Position numbers and translations under genes: made by a program
Shown here: positions 27,878 through 36,897 of the stretch, in pieces
Numbering within the stretch: the first letter of the stretch is position 1
Layout: every line of letters starts with the position of its first letter
Notes under the pieces: generated by a model
What the model was told of the DNA's origin: nothing
Databases searched by the model: none
Seen by the model: only the letters and a program-made list of their open reading frames with translations
Source of the DNA: a virus
Lineage: Duplodnaviria > Heunggongvirae > Uroviricota > Caudoviricetes
Virus record (IMG/VR): IMGVR_UViG_3300028666_000001
Location: 64,001 to 128,000 of that record
Direction: 5' to 3' (one strand)
DNA: 64,000 nt

Positions 27878-28354
27878 ATGGCAATTCGACAAGTTAAAGA
27901 AGTAAACCGTTCAGTCGGTTATGCAATCGCCTCTGGAAATATCGTTGGTGGAAATTTGCTTCAACTAAATGCAGCTGGTCAGGTTTTGCCTTGGGTTCAC
28001 ACCCAGACAACTGGACAGCCATTTGGATTAGCAATTGAATCCAATGTGTTTTTCCCCCTCCAGGCAGCTAATGGAGAACAGGCAGGACAAGGTTTTGACT
28101 ATACCAACTTCAATCGTGGTGGACTCGAATCCGTTTACAACAACGGTGGAGATTTCGTCCTTTATGATGATGGTCGTGGTTATCCTTATGCTCGTGGTGG
28201 AGTAACATACGCAGTTAACCAGCCAGTCTATGCTTCCGCAGTTACAGATGGTCTTATTGACTCTGCAGCTACAAGCACAGTTCTAGTTGGGTATGTTGTC
28301 AGTTTCGACGTTGCAACTGACCCAACACAGCTCGAAATCAAAGCTACTATCTAA
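27878..28354 (+). CDS. Capsid decoration/cement protein
   Basis: Small beta-rich protein between protease and MCP; RBS AAGGAG; ends VGYVVSFD...LEIK. Confidence 0.7.
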   Translation: MAIRQVKEVNRSVGYAIASGNIVGGNLLQLNAAGQVLPWVHTQTTGQPFGLAIESNVFFPLQAANGEQAGQGFDYTNFNRGGLESVYNNGGDFVLYDDGRGYPYARGGVTYAVNQPVYASAVTDGLIDSAATSTVLVGYVVSFDVATDPTQLEIKATI

Positions 28355-28426
28355 GTAATTAGATACTAGATCTAGTTGTAAACATGATTGGTCGTGAGAC
28401 TGACATGTATTTTAAAGGAGAAATTT

Positions 28427-29383
28427 ATGAATGACAAGCTAAATGTTGAAGCTTCCATGGAAGTTCTCTCAAGCGCACAGGTTGAGGAAAAGCTCACCCG
28501 TTTGATGAATTCCCCAGGTGGACTTCAGAAAATTGCACAACAGATGCTCTCGCCCCTAAAGCGCGAACTTCTGTACGAAGGTCGTATTCGCCAACTCTTC
28601 CAGACCTATAAACTAGCTCTCGGAGAGGAAGCCGTATTCGACGCTGATGTAGATGTACCAGCAGCCAGCATCTCGGTTGAAGGTCTTCCAGCACAGCTCG
28701 AAGTTCTCGCAGATCGTATTCGCGTAGAAACGTCACCTATTTCTACACGTCCTATGATTCGTTGGAATGAATCGAACTTCCGTAAATATGACGTTCTAAA
28801 CAGAACACAGGAACGCGCAAAAGCATCAATCATGCTTCAGGAAGATACTCGTGGTTTTAATTTGATCAACTTCGCAAGCGGTTTGACAAATCAGACACCC
28901 GCAGCATCTCTTGCTGGTACGACTGCTGCAACAAACAACCCATCGGTGATTCCAAACGGAGCACCTGGATTGTCAATGTACACCTTGGCTACCGCAATCG
29001 TAACCCTAAGCTCCAAGCTTTTGGTTGCCAGCAAGCTATACATCAATCCAATCACACGCAGAGACTTGCTTTTGTTTAACAATGCTCCTGCAGGTAATGG
29101 TGGACTTGGAATCTTCGCTCCTAACTTCCAGGACACAGCTCTAAAGGCTGGTCGTGTAGGTGGAATCATGGGCGTTGACGTTCTAGAGTCTGTCGTTGTT
29201 CCTTCCTCAGCCTGTTTCGTCTTGGCTCCAGCCGATTACCTCGGCGTGTTGGCAATTCGTACAGACCTGTCAGTTGAGACAATGAAAGATGTAAACAAGA
29301 TGGCAGATGTATTCGCTATCTGGGAAGATCTAGGATTCTTGATCCGATACGCTAAAGGTATCGTCAAAATCACACTTCCATAA
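28427..29383 (+). CDS. Major capsid protein (HK97-type fold expected)
   Basis: ATG at 28427 after AAAGGAG; 318 aa. LKRELLYEGRIRQLF, RAKASIMLQED, GRVGGIMGVDVLES and FAIWEDLG motifs; position after protease and decoration genes; strong hairpin downstream. Confidence 0.88.
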   Translation: MNDKLNVEASMEVLSSAQVEEKLTRLMNSPGGLQKIAQQMLSPLKRELLYEGRIRQLFQTYKLALGEEAVFDADVDVPAASISVEGLPAQLEVLADRIRVETSPISTRPMIRWNESNFRKYDVLNRTQERAKASIMLQEDTRGFNLINFASGLTNQTPAASLAGTTAATNNPSVIPNGAPGLSMYTLATAIVTLSSKLLVASKLYINPITRRDLLLFNNAPAGNGGLGIFAPNFQDTALKAGRVGGIMGVDVLESVVVPSSACFVLAPADYLGVLAIRTDLSVETMKDVNKMADVFAIWEDLGFLIRYAKGIVKITLP

Positions 29384-29387
29384 TCTG

Positions 29388-29430
29388 TTGATAAATAGGA
29401 GGGGTCGCAAGGCCCCTCTTAGTTTATCAA
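29388..29430 (+). terminator. GNRA-capped hairpin after the MCP gene (family copy 1)
   Basis: GAGGGGTC-GCAA-GGCCCCTC, extended by TTGATAAA/TTTATCAA. Confidence 0.7.
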
Positions 29431-29436
29431 TACAAG

Positions 29437-29465
29437 TTGCAAAGTTGATAAAGATATGTTATAAT
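29437..29465 (+). promoter_or_regulatory. sigma70-type promoter of the tRNA cluster, TTGCAA-N17-TATAAT with extended -10 TG
   Basis: Near-consensus, 20 nt upstream of tRNA-Ala. Confidence 0.75.
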
Positions 29466-29485
29466 AAAGAACGAGTTTGTTTTGT

Positions 29486-29559
29486 GGGCCTGTAGCTCAA
29501 TCTGGGGGAGCAGGTCCTTTGCAAGGACAAGGCTGCAGGTTCAATTCCTGTCAGGTCCA
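29486..29559 (+). tRNA. tRNA-Ala(TGC)
   Basis: Acceptor GGGCCTG/CAGGTCC with G3-U70, anticodon loop TT-TGC-AA, T-loop TTCAATT; CCA not encoded. Confidence 0.9.
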
Positions 29560-29583
29560 CTGAACAAATTCAGTTTGTTTCGT

Positions 29584-29658
29584 TGTCTTGTAGCTCAATG
29601 GTAGAGTACTCGGCTGTTAACCGAGTTGTTACTGGTTCGAGTCCAGTCGAGACAGCCA
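29584..29658 (+). tRNA. tRNA-Asn(GTT)
   Basis: Acceptor TGTCTTG/CGAGACA, anticodon arm CTCGG-CTGTTAA-CCGAG, T-arm ACTGG-TTCGAGT-CCAGT; CCA encoded. Confidence 0.93.
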
Positions 29659-29670
29659 AACAAATTTATT

Positions 29671-29965
29671 CCCCCTGTTATTCGTAGCAGGGCGCGGGGT
29701 TTCTGAAGTGGGCTCGTTCCCATTAGTAGGAGCAACTCCAGCATTATGGCTGTGCAGGGCAAAACCCGACAAGGAACATAGCCTGACGTAGAAGTATAAT
29801 TGACGTATAAGCCCTGATTAGGGTATGCGCTCATTGTAGCAAACCTTAGTCAGGCACAATTTGATGACTAGGCAAGCCTCTTAACAATGCTCATTTTGGC
29901 CTAGTGTAATTTAAGTATACTCAGCAATTGGTCCTATAAGAAGATCTTATATCCAACCTGAGTCA
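29671..29965 (+). ncRNA. Candidate structured ncRNA of unknown class inside the tRNA cluster
   Basis: No credible ORF, higher GC than the surroundings, several helices (UUCG hairpin, GCCTGAC/GTCAGGC, CTAGGC/GCCTAG, and a long hairpin at 29919-29963). Confidence 0.55.
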
Positions 29966-29969
29966 ATTT

Positions 29970-30044
29970 CGCGGGGTGGTGCAGTAGTAGCATGTCGGCC
30001 TCATAAGCCGAAGATCGTTGGTGCAATTCCAACCTCCGCAACCA
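29970..30044 (+). tRNA. tRNA-Met(CAT), initiator-like
   Basis: CGCGGGG/CTCCGCA with C1-A72 mismatch, anticodon arm TCGGC-CTCATAA-GCCGA; CCA encoded. Confidence 0.9.
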
Positions 30045-30047
30045 TTT

Positions 30048-30146
30048 GGTGAACCTATTGTCTATGCGACTGGTGACTAGGAGGCTCTTTTGCAGGGGCT
30101 TAAAGATAATCTGGGGAATTGCTTCCCCGAAGTGCATAGTCCACCA
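30048..30146 (+). ncRNA. Candidate small structured RNA ending in CCACCA
   Basis: Two hairpins both capped by TTGC (AGGCTCTT/AGGGGCTT and GGGGAA/TTCCCC), enclosed by CTATGC/GCATAG; no T-loop. Confidence 0.4.
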
Positions 30147-30328
30147 ATAATTATTGCAAGATCGCTACTTGCCTACCCTTGAGTGCTAGTGTATATGGGG
30201 ATAAAATAGTTAACTAGCTCCAATTTTGAAAAGAAGTGTATTTACACTCACGCCTCGATTAGAAAAATCAAGAATTTGAATTCGATTCGAATTTTTAAAA
30301 ATCTAATAATCTTAAGGAGATTCAAATC

Positions 30329-32071
30329 ATGCCTAGTAATCCAAAACCCACATTAGCAGCAATAAGTCCTACACAAATTCTATCAGGAACAGCTTTTACA
30401 TTAACTGTTACTGGAACAAACTTTATACCAACTTCCAAGGTTCATTTTGGTGTATCGACATTAGCTACAACATTCCTTAATAGCACTACATTAACAGCAG
30501 TTGTGCCTTCTACTATTATTGAACAACGACTTGGAACAAAAAATGTTCATGTTACTAATCCTGCTCCAGGTGGTGGAAGTTCTAATGTTAAAGTATTTGA
30601 AGTATATGGAAGTTTGATTAAGGTAGTATCAAGTAATTTATCTACTGATCTTGTTATAGCTGTTACTGGTGATAAAACTAATAGTGCTGTTGTTATTCCA
30701 GCAAATATTACAGGTTTTGATCTAGGAGCAGTTTTAAGTGGAGATCAGTTGAATAGTGTTCAATCGTATCTTGCACGACTAGTTGGAACTAACAGTATTA
30801 GCATTGTATCTTCAGCACCAGCTCTTACTTATAATGTTGAGACAGGAGGAAGTTCTGAATCATCAAATAGTTCGCCTTTCATTAAAGCACCAGTACGTTT
30901 AGCTTCTATTACACCCCTCTCTCCAGTTGCAACTTATAATAATGGAGTTTCTGGGATTGGAGCAACACTTACAGGAAGTTCAAATTCTCAATTAATTGTG
31001 GACGGTACATTAGCAAATATAGGAGATCGTATTCTAGTGGCTGGTGAAACAGTACCATCTCATAATGGTATTTATACTGTTACAAATATTGGTCAAAGTG
31101 GAGCAGCCTCTTCCGTCAGTTTTCCAACGAATTCTGATTATAGTTTAGTTTCTGATCCTACTTTTGCAGATGCGTTGCCCAATCTTTCAGCAAGTATGTG
31201 GGTAAAAACTTCTTCTTCTGCTGCATGTAGACTTATAGGTAAAACAAGTGATGCTACTGCAAATGGTGGTTGGAGTGCTGATATTCTAACTGGTGGTCAA
31301 TTTGCTTTCACATTATGGCAACCAAATGATCAGTTCCAGTATGTAACTGCAACTGTTGCTCCTTTTAATGACGGAGCTTGGCATAACTTTGCAATGACAT
31401 ATGATTCTGTGAATGGTAGTGTAGTGTACATTGATGGTGTGCTTGTTCCACAAACATCAAATTCACCTATCCCAGGAACTAATTATTCTTCTCCTGATCT
31501 TCTCGGTATGGGAAATTGGGATACTTATGCTGGAAGTTTGGTAGGTAATATTACTCATATTCAAATATGGAATACTACATTAGCACCATCAGATGTTGCT
31601 ATATTAGCAACTGGAGGATCAGTTTCTACGGGATTGATTGCTTCCTGGGCTTTTGCAGAAGGGGTAGGAACTACAGCAGCAGATTCAATTGGTGGTAACA
31701 CTCTCTTTTTTACAAATGTAAATTGGATTGGTGATGCTCCCTCACAATTAGGTGCTGTTGGATCAGCTTACATATTAAATAGAGCAACAGACTTTAATAC
31801 GTGGAATGATGTTCCTTCTTCTTTAGTTACTAGTTTAGAAGGCGTTGCTGAAGCAAATTCAGAGTTCTTAAACCATTCTTCTTCAGTGGGAACTATTGGA
31901 ACTACAGCAATTACGTTTAGTCCTTTAGTTACTCTCGTACCTCCTAGATTAACAGCAACACAAATAAGTGCTGTTCAAAATCCAACTGAAGGAATGATGG
32001 TATGGAATCTTACTACACATACTATTAATGCTTATGATGGGACATCTTGGAAAGCAGTTACATTAAGCTAA
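30329..32071 (+). CDS. Virion accessory/fibre protein with IPT/TIG-like and LamG-like domains
   Basis: N-terminal P.L..ISP...G..FTLTVTGTNF (IPT-like); GDRILV...NGIYTV fibre motif; SASMWVK...WHNFAMTYD...VYIDG...IQIWN (LamG-like). Confidence 0.75.
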   Translation: MPSNPKPTLAAISPTQILSGTAFTLTVTGTNFIPTSKVHFGVSTLATTFLNSTTLTAVVPSTIIEQRLGTKNVHVTNPAPGGGSSNVKVFEVYGSLIKVVSSNLSTDLVIAVTGDKTNSAVVIPANITGFDLGAVLSGDQLNSVQSYLARLVGTNSISIVSSAPALTYNVETGGSSESSNSSPFIKAPVRLASITPLSPVATYNNGVSGIGATLTGSSNSQLIVDGTLANIGDRILVAGETVPSHNGIYTVTNIGQSGAASSVSFPTNSDYSLVSDPTFADALPNLSASMWVKTSSSAACRLIGKTSDATANGGWSADILTGGQFAFTLWQPNDQFQYVTATVAPFNDGAWHNFAMTYDSVNGSVVYIDGVLVPQTSNSPIPGTNYSSPDLLGMGNWDTYAGSLVGNITHIQIWNTTLAPSDVAILATGGSVSTGLIASWAFAEGVGTTAADSIGGNTLFFTNVNWIGDAPSQLGAVGSAYILNRATDFNTWNDVPSSLVTSLEGVAEANSEFLNHSSSVGTIGTTAITFSPLVTLVPPRLTATQISAVQNPTEGMMVWNLTTHTINAYDGTSWKAVTLS

Positions 32072-32082
32072 ATTAAAAAGAT

Positions 32083-32118
32083 TACATTAGGAGGGGTCGA
32101 AAGGCCCCTCTGTATGTA
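32083..32118 (+). terminator. GNRA-capped hairpin (family copy 2)
   Basis: GAGGGGTC-GAAA-GGCCCCTC with outer TACAT/ATGTA pairing, followed by a T-rich tract. Confidence 0.7.
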
Positions 32119-32236
32119 GTTTTTATGGGCATTATATCAATTTCGTATACTCACCTAATTGCCTAGAAGAGAAATATAAACTTAGTTGCATTAGATAAGA
32201 ATATGTAAAAATATGAAGTAAATAAGGAGACTCACA

Positions 32237-33166
32237 ATGACAGAAAATTGGATTATAAAAGGCAACAACATAATTGAGCAGGTTGTATCAGATTACAAAT
32301 CTCCAGTTATTACAAGTGATTCAGAAATTTATGTTCGTTCTGGCAATACTACACTTCTATCAGCATCTACATTTGCTGTTTTGGGTGACACAGCAGTTAC
32401 CAATACAGGAGCTACAGTACTTAATGGAGACTTGGGTATTTCCCCAGGATCTTCAATCACTGGTTTCCCTCCAGGCACATATACAGGAACACTTCATCAG
32501 GCTGATGCAGCTGCAGCACAAGCTCACGCTGATGCAACAGCAGCAGCAGCAGTATTGATCGCTATGGGTCCTGGGACTGATATCAGTTCTACAGATCTTG
32601 GTGGTTATGTAGCAGTACCTGGAGTTTATTCTGCTTCCTCAACAGGAACATGGTCAGCTGGTCCATTGACATTAAATGGTGCAGGAACCTATGTATTCCT
32701 ATTCGGAACAGGTCTTACACTTCCAGCAAATGCTTCTGTCGTATTGCAAAATGGAGCAACAGCTGATAACGTTTACTTTGTTACTGGCACAACATTCACA
32801 TTTGGGGCCAATAGCACTGTCAGCGGAACAATCTTAGCTGGTACTTCTATTACATTTGGAGCTGCAAGTGTGCTTAATGGTCGAGCATTAACATATGGTC
32901 CTTCTGGAACAACAGTAACATTCCCAAGTGCAGGAACAGTCACTGTTCCAGCTACTTCTGGAAATGCATTTAGTTATCAAATTACTGCTATTAACTCACC
33001 AACAGCATTCTATGCAACGTATTTGCCATGGGATCTGGTTATTAATCATAGTACTGGCTTAATCTCTGGTACAATTTTCCCTAATAGTGTTGGGGAATTT
33101 CGTATTCCATTGCAAGCTGCCAATGATTTTGGTGTTGGTACAATGATCTTGACAATATTAATCTAA
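32237..33166 (+). CDS. DUF3494 ice-binding-like beta-solenoid protein with C-terminal putative Ig (He_PIG-like) domain
   Basis: FAVLG..AVTNTG.T...GDLG.SPG.SITGFPPG...A.A.AD...PGVY...VF...LQNGA.A.NVYF...GT..A..SITF...LNGRAL; then FSYQITAINSP...TGLISGT. Confidence 0.85.
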   Translation: MTENWIIKGNNIIEQVVSDYKSPVITSDSEIYVRSGNTTLLSASTFAVLGDTAVTNTGATVLNGDLGISPGSSITGFPPGTYTGTLHQADAAAAQAHADATAAAAVLIAMGPGTDISSTDLGGYVAVPGVYSASSTGTWSAGPLTLNGAGTYVFLFGTGLTLPANASVVLQNGATADNVYFVTGTTFTFGANSTVSGTILAGTSITFGAASVLNGRALTYGPSGTTVTFPSAGTVTVPATSGNAFSYQITAINSPTAFYATYLPWDLVINHSTGLISGTIFPNSVGEFRIPLQAANDFGVGTMILTILI

Positions 33167-33181
33167 TAATTAATATTTAAG

Positions 33182-33223
33182 AATCTACATTGGAGGGATC
33201 GCAAGGTCCCTCTAAATGTGGAT
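33182..33223 (+). terminator. GNRA-capped hairpin (family copy 3)
   Basis: GAGGGATC-GCAA-GGTCCCTC with outer AATCTACATT/AATGTGGATT pairing, followed by a T-rich tract. Confidence 0.7.
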
Positions 33224-33251
33224 TTTGCTTGATTTGTTTTTAGGAGATTAA

Positions 33252-34409
33252 ATGGCTATAATTATTCGTACAGTGAAAAATATACATTCTGCCCATTCAA
33301 GTATTACTCTATCAGCTCCAGGGTATGATAATACAACAGCTCCAGTAGTGATTAATTATAACCAAACTGTAGATTTATTTACTGTGCTCGGTGGAGAACA
33401 ACTTCAAACCATTCAACCTGTATTAACTGCTTATGTAGTAGCTCAAGAATTACAGGTTATTGCTACCGTCGATACTGCTTCATTTAATCCTGTTGGTGGT
33501 GGAAGTGGTGGAGTTTCTACTTTAAATGGTCTTTCAGGTCCTCTAACTATCTTACCTGGAGCTAATGTTACAGTTACTCCTTTTGGCAATACAATTACAA
33601 TCGCTTCTTCTGGAGGTGGAGGTGGATCACCTTCAGCTCCTATTAACTCAATCCAATTCAATGATGCTGGTTCATTTGGTGGAAGTGCAAAACTTACTTT
33701 TGATAATTCTGATGCCGATCTTTTCCAACTTTTGATAGCTGATTCTGTTAGTGGGTTAGGTGCAGGTTTGACTTTAGCTTCTCTCAGCTCTACATATTCA
33801 CGAATTGAGTTAGAAGGTACACCTGGGAATGCCAATCTTCAAATTCGAGCTTCTGCTGATACAACTGATATCGCTATCTCTTCAATTGCACAATTGGCCC
33901 TTCAAGCTGGTCCTCAAACGTGGGCATTTAATACTGATGGAAGTTTAACAGTTCCTGGATCAATAAATTCAAATACTGGTACTTTTATAATTTCTGCTAA
34001 TGCTGGTCCTTTGAATTTAATATCACAAACTAGTGATGTTAATATTACATCAACTGTTGGAGATGTTATAGTTTCACCAACAACAGGTTTATTTCTCAGT
34101 GGAAAATTGATTCGTAATCTTGCAGATCCACTCTTACCACAAGATGCAGCCACTAAGAACTATGTAGATACAAATTCTAATATCAAATCTGTTGTTTCAG
34201 CTCCAACAATCAGTATGTCTGGTACTCAACCACTTGTAGTTACTGGTCTTTTACTTACAAGCCAAATTATTTCTGTTTCTCAGAATAAGCCAGGAGCTGC
34301 TGGAACACTTTCATTGCTTGGGTTTAACCAGACAATTGATGGTTCTCTCAATTGTACTTGGGTCGCTGATCCAGGTATTGGAGGAACAGTTTTAGTATCA
34401 TTTATTTAA
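33252..34409 (+). CDS. Fibre-like virion protein
   Basis: VSTLNG...G.NVT.T...NTITI, IQFND.G.FGG and DP..PQDAATKNYVD fibre motifs. Confidence 0.7.
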   Translation: MAIIIRTVKNIHSAHSSITLSAPGYDNTTAPVVINYNQTVDLFTVLGGEQLQTIQPVLTAYVVAQELQVIATVDTASFNPVGGGSGGVSTLNGLSGPLTILPGANVTVTPFGNTITIASSGGGGGSPSAPINSIQFNDAGSFGGSAKLTFDNSDADLFQLLIADSVSGLGAGLTLASLSSTYSRIELEGTPGNANLQIRASADTTDIAISSIAQLALQAGPQTWAFNTDGSLTVPGSINSNTGTFIISANAGPLNLISQTSDVNITSTVGDVIVSPTTGLFLSGKLIRNLADPLLPQDAATKNYVDTNSNIKSVVSAPTISMSGTQPLVVTGLLLTSQIISVSQNKPGAAGTLSLLGFNQTIDGSLNCTWVADPGIGGTVLVSFI

Positions 34410-34442
34410 AAGAGAAGTTTAAAGCGTTAGAAAAGGAAAGAT

Positions 34443-35048
34443 ATGCGATTACGTGTTAAAATTAGAAACTCAAAAGAATGCCGTACTGAGTTGAATTTCC
34501 CAGATTTATCAATAAAATATAATAATGGGTATGCTCCTTCTTTACGAGTAGCTGAAGGTGCAGAAATACCATTAGATGTATTAGATCCAGAAGATGTTCG
34601 AAAGAGTTTAAAGGTTGGAAGTCTTAAAGGATATACTGATAGTGGGTGGATCGAAGAGTTTATAGAAGATCCCGCTAAAGCTGTTGAAGCTCCTACACCC
34701 CTTTCTCATTTTATTACAGAACAGATGATTTCATCTCCAAACATGTTGCTTCCATTGAAGCCACTTGAAAAAGTTGTAGAACCAAAAGAAGTTTCCCCTC
34801 TCCCAACAAATTTACCTGAAGTACAAGAGATAGATAAGAATCCAGTTTCAGTACCAGTAGTTGAAACAATCAATGATTTAACATTAGTCAAGTCATATGA
34901 AGATTTTAACAGATTGCCACATACTTTGAAACTACGCTGGATTAAAGAATCTACCAATATAGAGCTATTGAAAGATATTGCAGGTAAAACCACATCAGTT
35001 CAATTCAAAAATAACATTAATTTACGTCTTACCCAAATAAAGATTTAA
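34443..35048 (+). CDS. Hypothetical protein
   Basis: 201-aa ORF with RBS in the same gene run. Confidence 0.6.
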   Translation: MRLRVKIRNSKECRTELNFPDLSIKYNNGYAPSLRVAEGAEIPLDVLDPEDVRKSLKVGSLKGYTDSGWIEEFIEDPAKAVEAPTPLSHFITEQMISSPNMLLPLKPLEKVVEPKEVSPLPTNLPEVQEIDKNPVSVPVVETINDLTLVKSYEDFNRLPHTLKLRWIKESTNIELLKDIAGKTTSVQFKNNINLRLTQIKI

Positions 35049-35070
35049 AGTAATATTTAGGAGCATCACT

Positions 35071-36897
35071 ATGTCAAAAATCCCTCAATTTGGAGTTCCT
35101 ATAACACCATCTGAAGCTTCTTTAGGATTGCCATTTTATCCTATGTATGGTGTTACTCCTAGTAATGAATATATTCCAATACAAGTAGATGGGGCGGGAT
35201 CAGTTGCTGTTACTGCTACATTTAGTGGATCAATTACAATTGGTGAAATTGGTACAGATGATAAAACTAATTTTATTTATGGAACTTCATTAGAGCAACC
35301 AATTGGTGGTGTTTATCAAGATACAGCTCCTACTCTTACTGCTGGGCAAACAGGTGTAATGCGCCTTACTCAGTATAGAGGTTTACATACCAATCTTCGA
35401 GATGCTTTAGGTAATGAGTTACTAGGACAATCTCTTTCTGCTTCTTCTTTACCTGTTGTAATTGCTTCTGATCAATCTCCTATTCCAGTTTTGGCTACAT
35501 TTCCTAGCTCTATTACAGTAGATCAGGGAACAAGTCCTTGGGTCGTTTCTGGTGCTGTTTCTATTTCAAATTTCCCTGCTACTCAGCCAATATCAGCTGT
35601 ATCTTTACCACTTCCAACTGGAGCTGCTACTGCTACGAACCAAACAACACAGCAAGTAGCTCTTAACGCAATTGAAACAAATACATCCAATATTCCTCCT
35701 TTAGGACAAGCCCTTGCCACAGGTTCAGTACCTGTTGTTTTAACTGCTGCTCAGCTCTCAACCTTAACTCCTTTATCTATAGTAGCTGTTACTCAAAGTA
35801 CAAGCCCTTGGGTTGTATCTGGTACAGTTACTACATCTCCTGATGTCAATGTTCATGATGGAGCTGGAAACACAATTGGTTCTACTGGTACATCGTTGAA
35901 TGTAGATGTTACAAATACTGTTCCTGTAACAGGTACATTCTTTCAAGCCACACAACCAGTTTCAGCAGCTTCATTACCTTTACCTACAGGGGCAGCTACT
36001 GAAGCTACTCTTTCAGCTTTAAATACTAAAGTAACAACTACTGCCAATGGTATTAAAGTTGACGGTAGTGCTGTAACTCAACCAATTTCAGGTACAGTTG
36101 CTTCTACACAATCTGGTCCTTGGACCGTTTCTCTTACAAATGAAAGTATTGAAATTGGTACAGTAGATCAAGGTACACCTAATACAATTGCTAATGCATG
36201 GCCTGTTGAATTATCAGATGGTACAAATCTTTTAGGAACACCTGCTAATCCAATTCGTGTTGATCCAACAGGAACAACTATTCAACCAGTTAGTGGTACT
36301 ATTACAGCTAATCAGGGAACAAGTCCTTGGGTTGTTTCTGGTACAGTTACTTCTAATATTGGAACTACCAATGGTTTAGCATTAGATGCTACACTTACTG
36401 GTGGTACACAGAAAACACAGATCGTAGATGGTTCAGGAAATGTTGTTGGTCCTGTTCAAACTATATCTGGAACTAATTATGCTCCAGTTGTACTTGCTTC
36501 TAGCGGTGCATCAGGTTCTGCTGTTCCTGCTCGTACACTTCAGGTCGGTGGATCTGATGGTACAAATCTAAGAACATTAAAAGTTTCTTCAACTGGTGTA
36601 TTATCAGTTGATGGATCAGCAACAACTCAGCCAGTTTCAAATACTCTGCTTAGCAACCTTACTGGTACATGGAGTTACTATTCTGGGGTTTCAGGAACAG
36701 TCAATGTAACTACAAGTCAGCGTGTAACGGGTATATCAGCACATTCAACTGCTGGTGGTACTATGACAATTAATGGTGGATCTACAATTACAATTCCAGC
36801 CAATTGTGCAATTAGTATTTCACCAAATGGAAATTTGGTTGCTCCTACTATTGTATTTACAACTACAGATGCTTATTTCATTGAGGCGGTATTATAA
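35071..36897 (+). CDS. Repetitive Thr/Ser/Val-rich fibre-like protein
   Basis: Repeats QGTSPWVVSG, TQP(I/V)S and SLPLPTGAAT. Confidence 0.7.
   Translation: MSKIPQFGVPITPSEASLGLPFYPMYGVTPSNEYIPIQVDGAGSVAVTATFSGSITIGEIGTDDKTNFIYGTSLEQPIGGVYQDTAPTLTAGQTGVMRLTQYRGLHTNLRDALGNELLGQSLSASSLPVVIASDQSPIPVLATFPSSITVDQGTSPWVVSGAVSISNFPATQPISAVSLPLPTGAATATNQTTQQVALNAIETNTSNIPPLGQALATGSVPVVLTAAQLSTLTPLSIVAVTQSTSPWVVSGTVTTSPDVNVHDGAGNTIGSTGTSLNVDVTNTVPVTGTFFQATQPVSAASLPLPTGAATEATLSALNTKVTTTANGIKVDGSAVTQPISGTVASTQSGPWTVSLTNESIEIGTVDQGTPNTIANAWPVELSDGTNLLGTPANPIRVDPTGTTIQPVSGTITANQGTSPWVVSGTVTSNIGTTNGLALDATLTGGTQKTQIVDGSGNVVGPVQTISGTNYAPVVLASSGASGSAVPARTLQVGGSDGTNLRTLKVSSTGVLSVDGSATTQPVSNTLLSNLTGTWSYYSGVSGTVNVTTSQRVTGISAHSTAGGTMTINGGSTITIPANCAISISPNGNLVAPTIVFTTTDAYFIEAVL

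Noticed and set aside
29750-29790. c-di-GMP-I riboswitch or raiA-like motif suggested by GCAGGGCAAAACC
   Set aside because: The GNRA tetraloop/receptor and other conserved segments are not recognisable; the match is too short.
30048-30146. tmRNA or a fourth tRNA, because of the CCACCA end
   Set aside because: No T-loop (TTCRA), no cloverleaf and no tag reading frame.
30060-30200. Group I intron (GACTA/TAGTC resembles P7; GAAGTGCATAGTCC resembles the S element)
   Set aside because: No convincing P3-P6 core or R-element context, a complete tRNA lies directly upstream, and no interrupted gene is evident. An Rfam search would settle it.
32186-32212. Additional sigma70 promoter (TTGCAT) before the DUF3494 gene
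   Set aside because: No acceptable -10 hexamer at 16-18 nt spacing.
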